From Alphaproteobacteria bacterium (GTDB taxonomy: Bacteria; Pseudomonadota; Alphaproteobacteria; CAAHEQ01; UBA3637): a DNA stretch of 58,149 nucleotides. Positions within the stretch are counted from its first letter, which is position 1. Every line of letters begins with the position of its first letter. A program made the position numbers and the translations under genes. Below are positions 1 through 11,826 of the stretch, piece by piece. Location: positions 1 to 58,149 of the forward strand of contig JAZOOQ010000014.1 of assembly GCA_045655105.1 (NCBI GenBank). Reading direction: 5' to 3'. Below the pieces are notes generated by a model. The model was not told where the DNA came from. It ran no database searches and saw only the letters and a program-made list of their open reading frames with translations.

Positions 1-2441
1 GCTGATACGTCATCACTGATTACATCATACCCAACGTTAATGCCAACACTTGGTCGGACTTTACCCAAATCCCAAGCGGTTTTTACGCCAGCAATTGCCG
101 TTAAGTAATCGCTTGAGGTGGCTTCAACCGTTGTTCCCAAAGTATCGGTATATCCTTCTTGTTTCACAGTAAGATATCTTAAGCCAACTTCTGGCGTGAT
201 GATAGCGTTTTCAAGCTTGATATCATACCCCGTCATCACTTGAACACCCCAAGAATCAACATCATAGTTAGCTGTACCCACGCTTGATAACACTTGCTTT
301 TGTTCATCATATTGACCGCGACTAAACGTTGTCAATCCACTTAACCACCAAGCGTTTGGTTGATAATGCGCTGAGATAAAGCCTGTGTTCGTATCCACCT
401 CTGTTCGTCGCAAATCTTCTTTTGCTGTTGTTTTGCTTGTGGCATATCCAACGCCAAGCGTTAAGGCGTCTGTGATTTCAGATTGAACGCCCAAGACTGC
501 ACCTTGGCTTCTTGCCTTAAAGCCATCCCCCATCGTGGACTTTGTTTTATCATAAAGCCCTTTAATGAATACTTTAGCACGCGGATTTTCTTCGCCTCCA
601 GAGTGCCCCTTCATGGATCCACCCTTTATTTCACCTCTAATAACTTTACTAATAGCCCCAATATGGTTGTTTGTCAAAGCTTGAGGAGTTGGTTGTTTGC
701 TAGATCCAATGGCTTTTAACGTTTTCTTTGCTTTTGAAATTTCTCCTTGATGAGTGGATTGCAACATTTTTAAAAGGGAACTTTTGGCTTCTTCAAATAG
801 TTTATTTTGAGTTAAAGTATCATTTGATTGATTAATTGCATTAAATATTTCTTGTTCATCAGAATTAAAGGAAACAGAACTTGATTTGTTTGCATCTTCA
901 GCTTTTACAAATATTTTTCCATTTTCTTGTAAGATGAAATCATATAACAAGCTTTCTGTGATTATATCAATAGAGCTTATTTTGCTAATATTATCACTGA
1001 TAATAAAGTCATATTCACCTGTTGTTAATTCATCTGTGACTATAATATCTAATTTATTTCCAGAACCAAAAGAAACTGAATTAGCTTCAATTGTTGAATG
1101 ATTGAGAATAATTTTTAATAAAACATTATTTCCAAAAGAAATAGAGCCATTAGCTTTTATTCCCTTATTTTCAAATATAACCTGACTATTATCTTCAATT
1201 TTTATATCATTTGAAATATGTATAGATCCGTTTCCATGTGTGTTAAATAATGTATTTTCCCCCATATAAATGGATTCAATAGTCATTGGGTTATCAGTTA
1301 AAGATTTTAATGTTAAAGACCCTTTTGAAATTTCAATTTTTTTTGCAGAGGCATCTGTCATTGTTAAATGAGTTAAAGTTGAGCTTCCTTTTTGAATATC
1401 CCATGAGTCATTAGAGGTTGTTTGGTTAGGGATAAATGTTCCTAAAGCATTATTTCCATAAATATTATTTACAGAAACATTCTTAAGGTTTAGTATGGTT
1501 GTTGTAACATTTGCTTGCATGTTGATTTTATCTACTTCAGGATAATCAATGCCAATTAATCCTCCAGCATAAATATCAGAAGCAAAAATACCACCAGAAA
1601 TATTTATTGTTGATGTTTCAACTTGTGAAACTATTTTATTTTCCTGAGTTATATCATTGCTAAACTCGTATCCAGTTACTAAAACACTTCCACCACCATA
1701 AATATTTTGGTTAAACTGGCCACCAGATATATTTATGGTTGAATTTTTTATAGAGTCAACTAAATCAACATGTTGATCGCAATAAGCTTTTAAAATACTT
1801 CCACCATGTATAAATGAATCAAAAGCTCCGTTTGTTATTGTTAAATTTGCATTGTTAATTTCAAAATCAATTTTGGGAGCGTATGAAACATTATAACCCC
1901 TGTCTTTTATATAGTTCCCAGGGGTAACAACATTGTTATATGATTCTGTGGCTCTTCCCCATTCATCATCAAGAGGATAATCATCGTTATATGTTCCGCC
2001 ATTAATAACCAAATTTGTTTCTTCTGTAATTATTTTTAAACGGGTATTATCTGGAACAGGATTAGATTTAAAGCCATTTGCATGTCGGCTTCCGCCAACA
2101 ACTTCGCCAGAAACTGTAACATTATTTAAATTAGTGTTTATAGAGTCAAATTCATAAGTAAAATCACCCGTAGCATAACTTTGTGTAAATTGAGTATAAT
2201 TACCACCAATAATTCGGCCATAATTTGCATTGTCTGATACATTTAATGTGATGGATGTTTTTGTTTCATCAACATCTGTGACTGCACCATTAATACCACC
2301 ATAGAGATTAGCTGCATATAATTTTGAAGAACTAAAAAATAAAGGGCTTAAAATTGCTAAATTTATAAGCATGCATTTTTTTAAAATGTTTAAATATCGT
2401 TTTTTGAGCTCTTTAAGAGTGGTGCGTGATGAATGAAACAT
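1..2441 (-). CDS. Autotransporter (type Va): extended signal peptide, Gly-rich beta-helix-like passenger, C-terminal beta-barrel; 3' end beyond the window; not in the ORF track
   Basis: ATG at 2441 with GGAGG SD at 2448-2452. N-terminus MFHSSRTTLKELKKRYLNILKKCMLINLAILSPLFFSSSKLYA. Passenger repeats such as ISGGQFNQNIYGGGS and ISGGIFASDIYAGG. The same frame at the window edge gives barrel strands (TPEVGLRY, VRPSVGINVGYDVISDD). At least 813 codons; both ends were hand-translated, and the middle is inferred open because the track reports no stop-terminated ORF here. Confidence 0.9.
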   Translation of the reverse strand, partial: MFHSSRTTLKELKKRYLNILKKCMLINLAILSPLFFSSSKLYAANLYGGINGAVTDVDETKTSITLNVSDNANYGRIIGGNYTQFTQSYATGDFTYEFDSINTNLNNVTVSGEVVGGSRHANGFKSNPVPDNTRLKIITEETNLVINGGTYNDDYPLDDEWGRATESYNNVVTPGNYIKDRGYNVSYAPKIDFEINNANLTITNGAFDSFIHGGSILKAYCDQHVDLVDSIKNSTINISGGQFNQNIYGGGSVLVTGYEFSNDITQENKIVSQVETSTINISGGIFASDIYAGGLIGIDYPEVDKINMQANVTTTILNLKNVSVNNIYGNNALGTFIPNQTTSNDSWDIQKGSSTLTHLTMTDASAKKIEISKGSLTLKSLTDNPMTIESIYMGENTLFNTHGNGSIHISNDIKIEDNSQVIFENKGIKANGSISFGNNVLLKIILNHSTIEANSVSFGSGNKLDIIVTDELTTGEYDFIISDNISKISSIDIITESLLYDFILQENGKIFVKAEDANKSSSVSFNSDEQEIFNAINQSNDTLTQNKLFEEAKSSLLKMLQSTHQGEISKAKKTLKAIGSSKQPTPQALTNNHIGAISKVIRGEIKGGSMKGHSGGEENPRAKVFIKGLYDKTKSTMGDGFKARSQGAVLGVQSEITDALTLGVGYATSKTTAKEDLRRTEVDTNTGFISAHYQPNAWWLSGLTTFSRGQYDEQKQVLSSVGTANYDVDSWGVQVMTGYDIKLENAIITPEVGLRYLTVKQEGYTDTLGTTVEATSSDYLTAIAGVKTAWDLGKVRPSVGINVGYDVISDDVS

Positions 2442-2669
2442 GGTGTGCCTCCTGAAAAATAAATTAAGATAATTTTATCCCTTTGTTAATGTTAAAAGAG
2501 GTAATTTTAAAAACACAATAATTGTTTTATATCCTAAAGTTCCCCCATTTATACTTTAATTATAGCATATGTTTCTATGTTTTGTATTGAAAAAAATTTT
2601 AAAATATATTTTTTTTATAATTTTTTGTTTAATATAAATCTTTTATCAAAACTCGAAAATATTTAAAAT

Positions 2670-2701
2670 AAAAAAATCCCCTCTTGAAGAAGAGGGGATT
2701 T
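2670..2701 (-). terminator. Intrinsic terminator of the OmpA-family gene
   Basis: AAATCCCCTCTT-gaag-AAGAGGGGATTT stem; the A-tract reads as a U-tract on the minus strand. Confidence 0.8.
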
Positions 2702-2722
2702 GTCTTATCAATGAAATTAAAA

Positions 2723-3367
2723 TTAATTTTTATTGATTAAGAAGATTTCAACGCGTCTATTTTGCTCTCTTCCTTGTGCTGTTGCATTTGATGCAATTGG
2801 ATTTTGAGGGCCAAGGCCATCTGTGATGATTCTGTCAGCTGAAACCCCTTGCAATCTTAAATAGTTGGAAACAGCGTTGGCTCTGCGCAATGAAAGAGTG
2901 TTATTGTAAGCAGCTGATCCTGTGTTATCCGTGTAACCCACGATTTGAACCATTGTTTTGTTATATTCTTTGATAACTTTGGCAATGGAATTGAGGGTAG
3001 GGGTAAATCCTGGTTGAATGGTGGCTTCATTTGTGCCAAATGTAATGTTTCCTGGCATAATGAGTTGAACTTGACCATTTTGTGAAACAACTTGAACACC
3101 TGTTCCAACCAATTCTTGGCGCAATTTTTTAGCTTGGGCATCCATATAAGCGCCTGTTCCAACGCCAACAAGTGCTCCAGCACCAGCCCCAATGAGAGCG
3201 CCTTTTTTACCGCCGACTAATGCACCGATACCTGCACCAGCGGCTGTGCCGATTCCTGTTCCCCATGCTGTTTTGGAAACTTGACTTTCACCAGTATATG
3301 GATTTGTGGCGCAAGCTGATAAAAACGAGGCTAAAACAAGAGAAAGAGTTGCTTTTTTTATATTCAT
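2723..3367 (-). CDS. OmpA-family lipoprotein with glycine zipper (YiaD-like)
   Basis: Lipobox LSAC; GAGIGALVGG zipper; OmpA_C motifs GYTDNTG, NNTLSLRRA, GREQNRRVEI. Confidence 0.92.
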   Translation of the reverse strand: MNIKKATLSLVLASFLSACATNPYTGESQVSKTAWGTGIGTAAGAGIGALVGGKKGALIGAGAGALVGVGTGAYMDAQAKKLRQELVGTGVQVVSQNGQVQLIMPGNITFGTNEATIQPGFTPTLNSIAKVIKEYNKTMVQIVGYTDNTGSAAYNNTLSLRRANAVSNYLRLQGVSADRIITDGLGPQNPIASNATAQGREQNRRVEIFLINKN

Positions 3368-3400
3368 TTTTCTATCCTTTCTAATAAAATATGACTTAAG

Positions 3401-4489
3401 TTAAAAAATTTCTTTTTTAAGTTGTTCTCTATATTGATCCAAAGAAATCAATACGGGTTTTTTATTTTTTTGTTTTTTAGTTACTGTATGCCAAAATGTC
3501 CACCCATTGCAAGAAATAATTCCTTGTAAAGAAGCGGCAACTTGATGGATTGAGCCGTGATGAGTGCCAGAATGTATGGTGCCATCTGCTCTGATAATGG
3601 CTGAAAATTTTTGTTTAATATCAAAAATTTTTTGACCAGGTTTTAAAAGCCCATGCTCAAGTAAAGATCCAAAAGGTATTTTAGGTTCCGCTTTTTTAGG
3701 TTGAATAGGGTCGAATATGTGGCATTCAGAAGAAGGGCGTATACAGGCCAATCTTTTTTTTGCATATTTAATATAGGTTTCATCCTTTTCAATGCCAATA
3801 TATCTGCGGCCAAGTTTTTTGGCAACAGCGCCTGTTGTTCCAGTTCCAAAAAAAGGATCTAAAACAATATCGCCTGGGTTGGTAGATGCTAATAAAATAC
3901 GATAGAGAAGGCATTCTGGTTTTTGAGTGGTATGAACTTTTTTCCCAGCTTCGTTTTTCAATCGTTCTGGCCCGTTACAAATTGGCAACAACCAGTCAGA
4001 TCGCATTTGAATATCGTCATTAAAGGCTTTCATGCTTTCATAATTGAATGTATATTTCGCTTTTTCTGATTTTGCGCACCAAAGAAGCGTTTCATGTGCA
4101 TTAGCAAAGCGTGTTCCTTTAAAATTAGGCATTGGGTTTGTTTTAACCCAAACGATATCATTTAAAATCCAAAATTTTAAATTTTGTAAATGATATCCAA
4201 CCCTATAAATATTATGATAGGAACCAATAATCCAAATGGTTCCATTTTCTTTTAAAATACGTTTAGCTTCTGTTATCCAATTGAGTGTAAAAGAATCATA
4301 AGCATCAAAACTATCAAATTTATCCCAATCATCTGTGACTGCGGCAACATGAGTAGCATCTGGACGCAACAAATTACTTCCAAGTTGCATATTATAAGGC
4401 GGATCAGCAAAGATAACATCCACAGAGTTATCTGGCATTTTTTTCATAACTTCGATGCAGTCGCCTTTAATAATAGTGTTTGTTCTCAT
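3401..4489 (-). CDS. ccrM: Cell-cycle-regulated DNA adenine methyltransferase (beta class, GANTC)
   Basis: DPPY, PMPNFKGTRFANAHETLLW, HTTQKP, DPFFGTGTT and C-terminal GSIHQV...CNGWTFW domain. Start moved to ATG 4489, behind a GGGAGA SD. Confidence 0.9.
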   Translation of the reverse strand: MRTNTIIKGDCIEVMKKMPDNSVDVIFADPPYNMQLGSNLLRPDATHVAAVTDDWDKFDSFDAYDSFTLNWITEAKRILKENGTIWIIGSYHNIYRVGYHLQNLKFWILNDIVWVKTNPMPNFKGTRFANAHETLLWCAKSEKAKYTFNYESMKAFNDDIQMRSDWLLPICNGPERLKNEAGKKVHTTQKPECLLYRILLASTNPGDIVLDPFFGTGTTGAVAKKLGRRYIGIEKDETYIKYAKKRLACIRPSSECHIFDPIQPKKAEPKIPFGSLLEHGLLKPGQKIFDIKQKFSAIIRADGTIHSGTHHGSIHQVAASLQGIISCNGWTFWHTVTKKQKNKKPVLISLDQYREQLKKEIF

Positions 4490-4609
4490 CCTTTTCTCCC
4501 AAAACGATAACAATGTTATCATAATAATAAATAAAAAGTAACTAAAATTTTAACAAAACTTAAAAAAAAGAAACTTTTTTTCATAAGAGCGATAAAATGT
4601 TTTTTAGGC

Positions 4610-4638
4610 TTGCAAAAAAAATAAATTTAAGCTAGAAT
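4610..4638 (+). promoter_or_regulatory. Sigma70-type promoter for secG-kdsA-eno
   Basis: TTGCAA-N17-TAGAAT. Confidence 0.6.
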
Positions 4639-4692
4639 GCACCCGTTTAAAACTTTTTGAAGAAGTTTTTCTTTTATTTTATAGGAAAAAAG

Positions 4693-4992
4693 ATGCAAAC
4701 ATTTATTTTGACTATTCATATTATTTTAGCAATTTGTATAACTATTTTTGTTTTGTTGCAACGCTCTGAAGGGGGCGCTCTGGGTGCTCTTGGCGGTGGT
4801 CAAGGCGGTGCTGGGCTTTTCACTTCACGTCAAGCTGGTAATTTTCTTTCAAGGATGACAGCTTATTGCTTTGCTGCGTTTATTGTAACAAGTTTAACGC
4901 TTGTTATTATGGCCAAAAATGGTAATGAAGTTGAAAAGATTAGCATTGTGCCAACACAAAATATTGCTAGTGAAACAACTTCAGAAAAATAG
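4693..4992 (+). CDS. secG: Preprotein translocase subunit SecG
   Basis: VLLQRSEGGALG motif, two TM segments; start reassigned to ATG 4693 after AGGA. Confidence 0.92.
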   Translation: MQTFILTIHIILAICITIFVLLQRSEGGALGALGGGQGGAGLFTSRQAGNFLSRMTAYCFAAFIVTSLTLVIMAKNGNEVEKISIVPTQNIASETTSEK

Positions 4993-5000
4993 GGGAATCA

Positions 5001-7165
<2,165 letters not shown>

Positions 7166-7175
7166 GAAAAAAACT

Positions 7176-7210
7176 AAAACACCCGTGCCTGTTTGGTGCG
7201 GGTGTTTTTT
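7176..7210. terminator. Probably bidirectional terminator between eno and recX
   Basis: AAAACACCCGtgcc...ggtgCGGGTGTTTTTT. Confidence 0.75.
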
Positions 7211-7261
7211 ATTCTGATTTTTTTTTGATTAAAACTTAAATAGCTTAATTTATCTTATTGA

Positions 7262-7795
7262 TTAATCAAAATAATTTTCTGTATTTAAAGGTGTAACATC
7301 TAATGCTTCTTTAGCGATTGTATAAGAAAATCCAGCTCTTGCTAAAGCAGCCATATCTTTTTGATAGAATAAAGAAGCATCTTTGCTTCGAAATTGTCCT
7401 TTTTTATGTTTTTTCAACCAGTTAGTTGCTCTTGTTAAATCAGAACATGAATTTTCTTCATCAAAAGAATTTAAATAAAGAGAGATAGATTGTTCAGAAA
7501 GACCGTCTTGTTTTAATTTATTTAAGATAAAAGATTTTGATTTTCCAGCATTTGAAAGTCTACGCACTTGATTTTGAATAACACGATCATCATTAATATA
7601 GCCTAGATCAGTCATTTTTTGGATAACTTCATCAATTAATAAATTAATATTATCCGGGATAATATTTCCTTTTAATCTTTCTTTTTGAACGCGTTTTTCT
7701 AACATTTTTTTAGTTTTAAAACGAGAGGATTCAAATCGTTCAAGATAAAAAAGAGTTATGTTGTAAAGTCTTGTTTTTGTGATTTGCTTTGTCAT
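7262..7795 (-). CDS. recX: RecA regulator RecX
   Basis: YLERFESS, LGYINDDR, GKSKSFILNKLKQ, ALARAGFSY. Confidence 0.85.
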   Translation of the reverse strand: MTKQITKTRLYNITLFYLERFESSRFKTKKMLEKRVQKERLKGNIIPDNINLLIDEVIQKMTDLGYINDDRVIQNQVRRLSNAGKSKSFILNKLKQDGLSEQSISLYLNSFDEENSCSDLTRATNWLKKHKKGQFRSKDASLFYQKDMAALARAGFSYTIAKEALDVTPLNTENYFD

Positions 7796-7837
7796 GTGTT
7801 TTTCCTTTAAAAAGAAGTTTAAAATACTTTTTAATCA

Positions 7838-7866
7838 TTGACAAGAAAAAACCTTTTTATCATAAT
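7838..7866 (+). promoter_or_regulatory. Sigma70-type promoter for the hslO operon
   Basis: TTGACA-N17-CATAAT. Confidence 0.65.
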
Positions 7867-7891
7867 ATAAAAAAATCATAAGGAGTATAAA

Positions 7892-8734
7892 ATGGATTCA
7901 ATTATGTCATTTATTTTGGAAGAAGCCCGTTTTAAAGGTGTTTATATTGGGGCTGATAAGGCAATTCAAGATATTTTGGAATGCCACTCTTATCCGGTTG
8001 TTGTTCAAAAAATTTTGGGGCAGGGTGTTGTTTTAGCTTTGGCTTTAGCTCAAAGTATTAAATATCAAGGTGTTTTTTCATTGCAGGTTCGTTCTGCTGG
8101 TCCAGTTCAATCATTATTTATAAATGTGACACATGATAAACAAGTTCGCGCTTATGCTGTTTATGATGAAGAAAAATTACCAGGTGAAGATGAATTAACG
8201 AATGAAGCTTTATTTGGGAATGGAGAATTGTTATTTTCTGTAACGCAATTGGGTCAGGAACCTTATCAAGGGATTGTTGCATTAACTGGAAAAACGCTTA
8301 TTGATACAGTTTTAGATTATTTCAGACTTTCAGAACAAATTAAAACAGATTTAATTGTGCGACAAAAAGATGGGAAAACGCGTTGCTTAATGGTTCAACA
8401 AATGCCATTAAAAGCTGAGGATGATTTTGAAGAAGTTTCCTCTTTGTATGAAACAATAGATGTTTTGATGAATAGTGTGAAAGATGTTGAGTTATTTTCA
8501 GATAAATTAGCTCCAGAACAGTTGCTTTATCGACTATTCCACGCAAATGATTTAACCGTTTATGAACCAACAGTTCCTCATTTTTCTTGTTCATGTCATA
8601 AAGATCAAATGAGACGTTTTTTGGATAAATTGGCAAAGAATGAAAGGGAAGAGTTGTATCAAGATGATCAAATTGTGACAGAATGTCAGTTTTGCAGAAC
8701 ACAATATGTTTTTAAACATGAGGATTTTAATTAA
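7892..8734 (+). CDS. hslO: Hsp33 redox-regulated chaperone
   Basis: YQGIV, YFRLSEQ, C-terminal CSC...CQFC zinc switch. Confidence 0.92.
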   Translation: MDSIMSFILEEARFKGVYIGADKAIQDILECHSYPVVVQKILGQGVVLALALAQSIKYQGVFSLQVRSAGPVQSLFINVTHDKQVRAYAVYDEEKLPGEDELTNEALFGNGELLFSVTQLGQEPYQGIVALTGKTLIDTVLDYFRLSEQIKTDLIVRQKDGKTRCLMVQQMPLKAEDDFEEVSSLYETIDVLMNSVKDVELFSDKLAPEQLLYRLFHANDLTVYEPTVPHFSCSCHKDQMRRFLDKLAKNEREELYQDDQIVTECQFCRTQYVFKHEDFN

Positions 8735-9292
8735 ATGAAATACTTTTCTTTCTTACTTTTGTTTTTATGTTGTGCTTGTGTGGCTCCTCAATTTAAAAGC
8801 GTTCAAGTAAATACATATAAGGAAGAAAAGAAAATAGCTGTAAATGTTTCAACTGTTGAAGTTAAATCAACAGTTGAGACTTTTGATCGTTTACCTCATA
8901 TTGAAGATGAAATGCCTATAACACCAGAAAATGCTCTTAAAGGATGGGTTTTAAATAGGTTTTATGCCCGTGATGCTGTTTCTAAAGTTTATTTAAATGT
9001 TATTATTGAAAAGGCATATTTAACTAAAGAAGATGATAAAATTCCGCAATGGTATATTTTTGATAATGAGAAATATACGTTAACATATGCTGTAAAATTT
9101 GTGTTTAAAAAGGAAAATCAAGTTTTGTATACATATTATATTGAAGGATATGAAACATCTTCATTACCAAAACGAAGTTCAATTGCATCAAAAGAAGCCG
9201 TTTTTGAAAAAATGCTAAATGCTATGATTTATAAGGTTGATGAAGAAGCTCTGAAACAATTACCTAAAAGATTTATTTTGAGTGGTTATTAA
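8735..9292 (+). CDS. Putative lipoprotein, unknown function
   Basis: Signal peptide ending LCCAC; abuts hslO and comEC. Confidence 0.7.
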   Translation: MKYFSFLLLFLCCACVAPQFKSVQVNTYKEEKKIAVNVSTVEVKSTVETFDRLPHIEDEMPITPENALKGWVLNRFYARDAVSKVYLNVIIEKAYLTKEDDKIPQWYIFDNEKYTLTYAVKFVFKKENQVLYTYYIEGYETSSLPKRSSIASKEAVFEKMLNAMIYKVDEEALKQLPKRFILSGY

Positions 9293-9294
9293 AA

Positions 9295-11430
9295 ATGAAG
9301 CCATATTTTTTTCTTCTTGAAGAAGAACATAAAGGAATTTTGTTGGTATTGTCTTTTATTTTGGGAATTATAGTTTATTTTTCCTTGCCATTTGAACCAT
9401 ATTTAAAAGGGGTGACTTCTCTTTTTATATTATCTCTTCTCATAGTGTTTTTTTTCTTTTTCAAACAAAGATTTAAATTTTTCTCTCTTTTTCTTTTTTT
9501 CTTTGTTTTAGGAATATTTGTTTCAAAAATTCATACCAGTATTGTTGACACAAAATTTTTGCAAAGACCTATTGAAAATGCAGATATAACAGGAACTATC
9601 ATGAATATTGATGAGCGTCCTCAATCTTTAAGGCTAACACTTGAAAATGTGTTAGTTGAAACAAAAGATGAAAAATTTTATTTAAATAAAGTGAGAATGT
9701 GGGCCTCTAAGAAATTGATTCGAAATAAAAATTCAGATACCCAAGAGTTTATATGCGAAGATTTGAGTGTTTTAGAAAAAATATCAAATCAAAGAGGCTT
9801 AGAAAAGAAAAGTAAGAAAATATCAACAGATACATGTATTTTTAAAAAACCTATACCGCCTTTTTTGAAAAAAGGAGATTTAATTAGTGGAAAAAGTTTT
9901 TCAATGAGACCTCCTTCGGAACCAACGCAGGTTGGTGGTTATTATGAAGCAAGAACTCTTTTTTTTGAAGGTGTTGAAGCGGTTGGAAGTTTTTCAACTG
10001 TTTTATTGGTAAGGGAAAATTTTAAACAACCTTCTCGTTTTGATTCTTTTAAAATATATCTTAAAGAACGATTATCCTTTTTAAGAGAGGATACAAGAGG
10101 TGTTATTCAAGCGCTTCTTTTAGGGGATACAAATTTTATAACGGCACCCATTGAATATTTGTATCGTTCTTTAGGATTAACGCATATTCTTTCTGTTTCA
10201 GGTTTTCATGTTGGGCTTCTTTCTTTTTTAGTTTATTATTTCACGCGTTTAATTTTAACGATTATATCCTTAAAAAGAGTTATATCTCCATTCTTAATTA
10301 GAAGTATCAGTGCTGTTTTTGCGCTTATAGTTTCTTTTTTCTATGTTATTCTAACGGGGGCAGAGCCACCAGCGGTTAGAGCTTTTATTATGACAGGTTT
10401 TATCTTTTTATGTTTTTTTATAAATAGGCAAACTCTTTCTGTTCGAACGGTATTTATAGCTGCCTTTTTATTGTTGTGTTATAAACCTGTTTTAATTTTA
10501 AGTATTGGCTTTCAACTTTCTTTTATGGCGGTTTTAACATTATGTGTTTTGGTTAAGAATATTCAAAAGAAAGTAAATTCTTTTTTTAGTGGAAAATCTT
10601 TTTTCCTGTTTATATTTAGTTTATTTTTGTTAAATGTTTTGGTGACGTTTGTTTCTTTCCCATTTATTGCTTATCATTTTCATAAAATACCTCTTTATGG
10701 AATTATTGGTAATTTAATATTAAGTTTTGTTTTTTCATTAGCAATTATGCCACTGTTGGTTCTTGGAATATTTTTTATGCCATTTCAACTAGATGGTGTT
10801 TTCTTTGGGTTGGCTGAAAATGCTTTATTACTGGTTCATTTTATTGGAGAAAAGATTACCCAGTTGCCATATTTAATGCTGCCAATTTCATCTTTTTCAA
10901 TTTGGGGATTGTTGGTTTTTTCTTTTGGCTTCATTTTATTTTCATGTATGAATGGAAAATTAAAGTATATAGGTATTCTTTTAATTGTTTTGTTCCCTTT
11001 TTCATTTTTAACATATCCTGAAAGTGATATGAAATTGGGTAGAGAAGGGCGTCTTTTGGCAGTGAAAACTCAGGAGGGAAATTGGCGTTTAAATGAAAGT
11101 TATATTCATAAAATTGTTTCGGATAATTGGCTTCTTTCAAATTCTCAAGTTCCTGAATTTTATGTTGAAACTAAAGTATTTAAGCCAGATTATATTTTTA
11201 TTAAAGATAAAAAAATATCTTTTGAACCAGCTTCTTGTGCGGATGCAGATTTAACATTTGAACTCATGAAAAAAGATTATTCTAATTGCCAAAATCTTAT
11301 TTCAAAAGAAAAGTTGAAACAAATGGGTTCGTTAGATCTTTTTGTTAAAGATGGGAATTTATTTATTGTTGATTTTTCAAAGACGGATGAAAATAGGCCT
11401 TGGAATCAAAAAAAGAAAGTTATAGATTGA
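9295..11430 (+). CDS. comEC: ComEC/Rec2 DNA-uptake channel
   Basis: YFSLPFEP, GLTHILSVSGFHV, PAVRAFIM, GFQLSFMAV, many TM helices. Confidence 0.9.
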   Translation: MKPYFFLLEEEHKGILLVLSFILGIIVYFSLPFEPYLKGVTSLFILSLLIVFFFFFKQRFKFFSLFLFFFVLGIFVSKIHTSIVDTKFLQRPIENADITGTIMNIDERPQSLRLTLENVLVETKDEKFYLNKVRMWASKKLIRNKNSDTQEFICEDLSVLEKISNQRGLEKKSKKISTDTCIFKKPIPPFLKKGDLISGKSFSMRPPSEPTQVGGYYEARTLFFEGVEAVGSFSTVLLVRENFKQPSRFDSFKIYLKERLSFLREDTRGVIQALLLGDTNFITAPIEYLYRSLGLTHILSVSGFHVGLLSFLVYYFTRLILTIISLKRVISPFLIRSISAVFALIVSFFYVILTGAEPPAVRAFIMTGFIFLCFFINRQTLSVRTVFIAAFLLLCYKPVLILSIGFQLSFMAVLTLCVLVKNIQKKVNSFFSGKSFFLFIFSLFLLNVLVTFVSFPFIAYHFHKIPLYGIIGNLILSFVFSLAIMPLLVLGIFFMPFQLDGVFFGLAENALLLVHFIGEKITQLPYLMLPISSFSIWGLLVFSFGFILFSCMNGKLKYIGILLIVLFPFSFLTYPESDMKLGREGRLLAVKTQEGNWRLNESYIHKIVSDNWLLSNSQVPEFYVETKVFKPDYIFIKDKKISFEPASCADADLTFELMKKDYSNCQNLISKEKLKQMGSLDLFVKDGNLFIVDFSKTDENRPWNQKKKVID

Positions 11431-11487
11431 TTTTTTTAGTTGAGTTTTTTGGTAAAATTATATAGAATAAAGATAAAGGAATTTAAA

Positions 11488-11826
11488 ATGAAATATCTTT
11501 TGGTTGTATCTTTTTTCTTGCTGAGTGCCTGTAGCTCGTTACAAGGCGATTTTTTTGACGCATCATCAAGATTTAATCGTGTTCAAAAAAGGGAATTTAT
11601 TGGTCGATCAGCAGGGGAGGTTATTGAGATTTTAGGTAATCCTAGAACTGTTTTGACAGAAGATCCCAATCAGGTATGGACATATAGAAAAGATAAATGT
11701 ATCACATTTGTGTATTTTAATAAAAATGGAAAAGTGGGATTTGCTGAAGAACGAGGAGAATGTGTAAATTCCAAGTTTTTTGAAGAGTTGAAGGAGAATA
11801 AAAATGAAGCAGAAAATAACGCCTAA
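11488..11826 (+). CDS. Small lipoprotein (BamE/SmpA-like fold possible)
   Basis: MKYLLVVSFFLLSAC lipobox after AAGGGA SD; IGRSAGEVIEILGNP...QVWTY. Confidence 0.7.
   Translation: MKYLLVVSFFLLSACSSLQGDFFDASSRFNRVQKREFIGRSAGEVIEILGNPRTVLTEDPNQVWTYRKDKCITFVYFNKNGKVGFAEERGECVNSKFFEELKENKNEAENNA

Noticed and set aside
483-1101. Plus-strand ORFs 483-719 and 886-1101
   Set aside because: Antisense shadows of the autotransporter.
3401-4489. Methyltransferase as part of a restriction-modification system
   Set aside because: No neighbouring endonuclease; has the CcrM-specific C-terminal domain.
4538-4563. CtrA box upstream of ccrM
   Set aside because: TTAA half-sites are spaced 6 nt, or 8 nt from a GTAA, not TTAA-N7-TTAA; the background is AT-rich.
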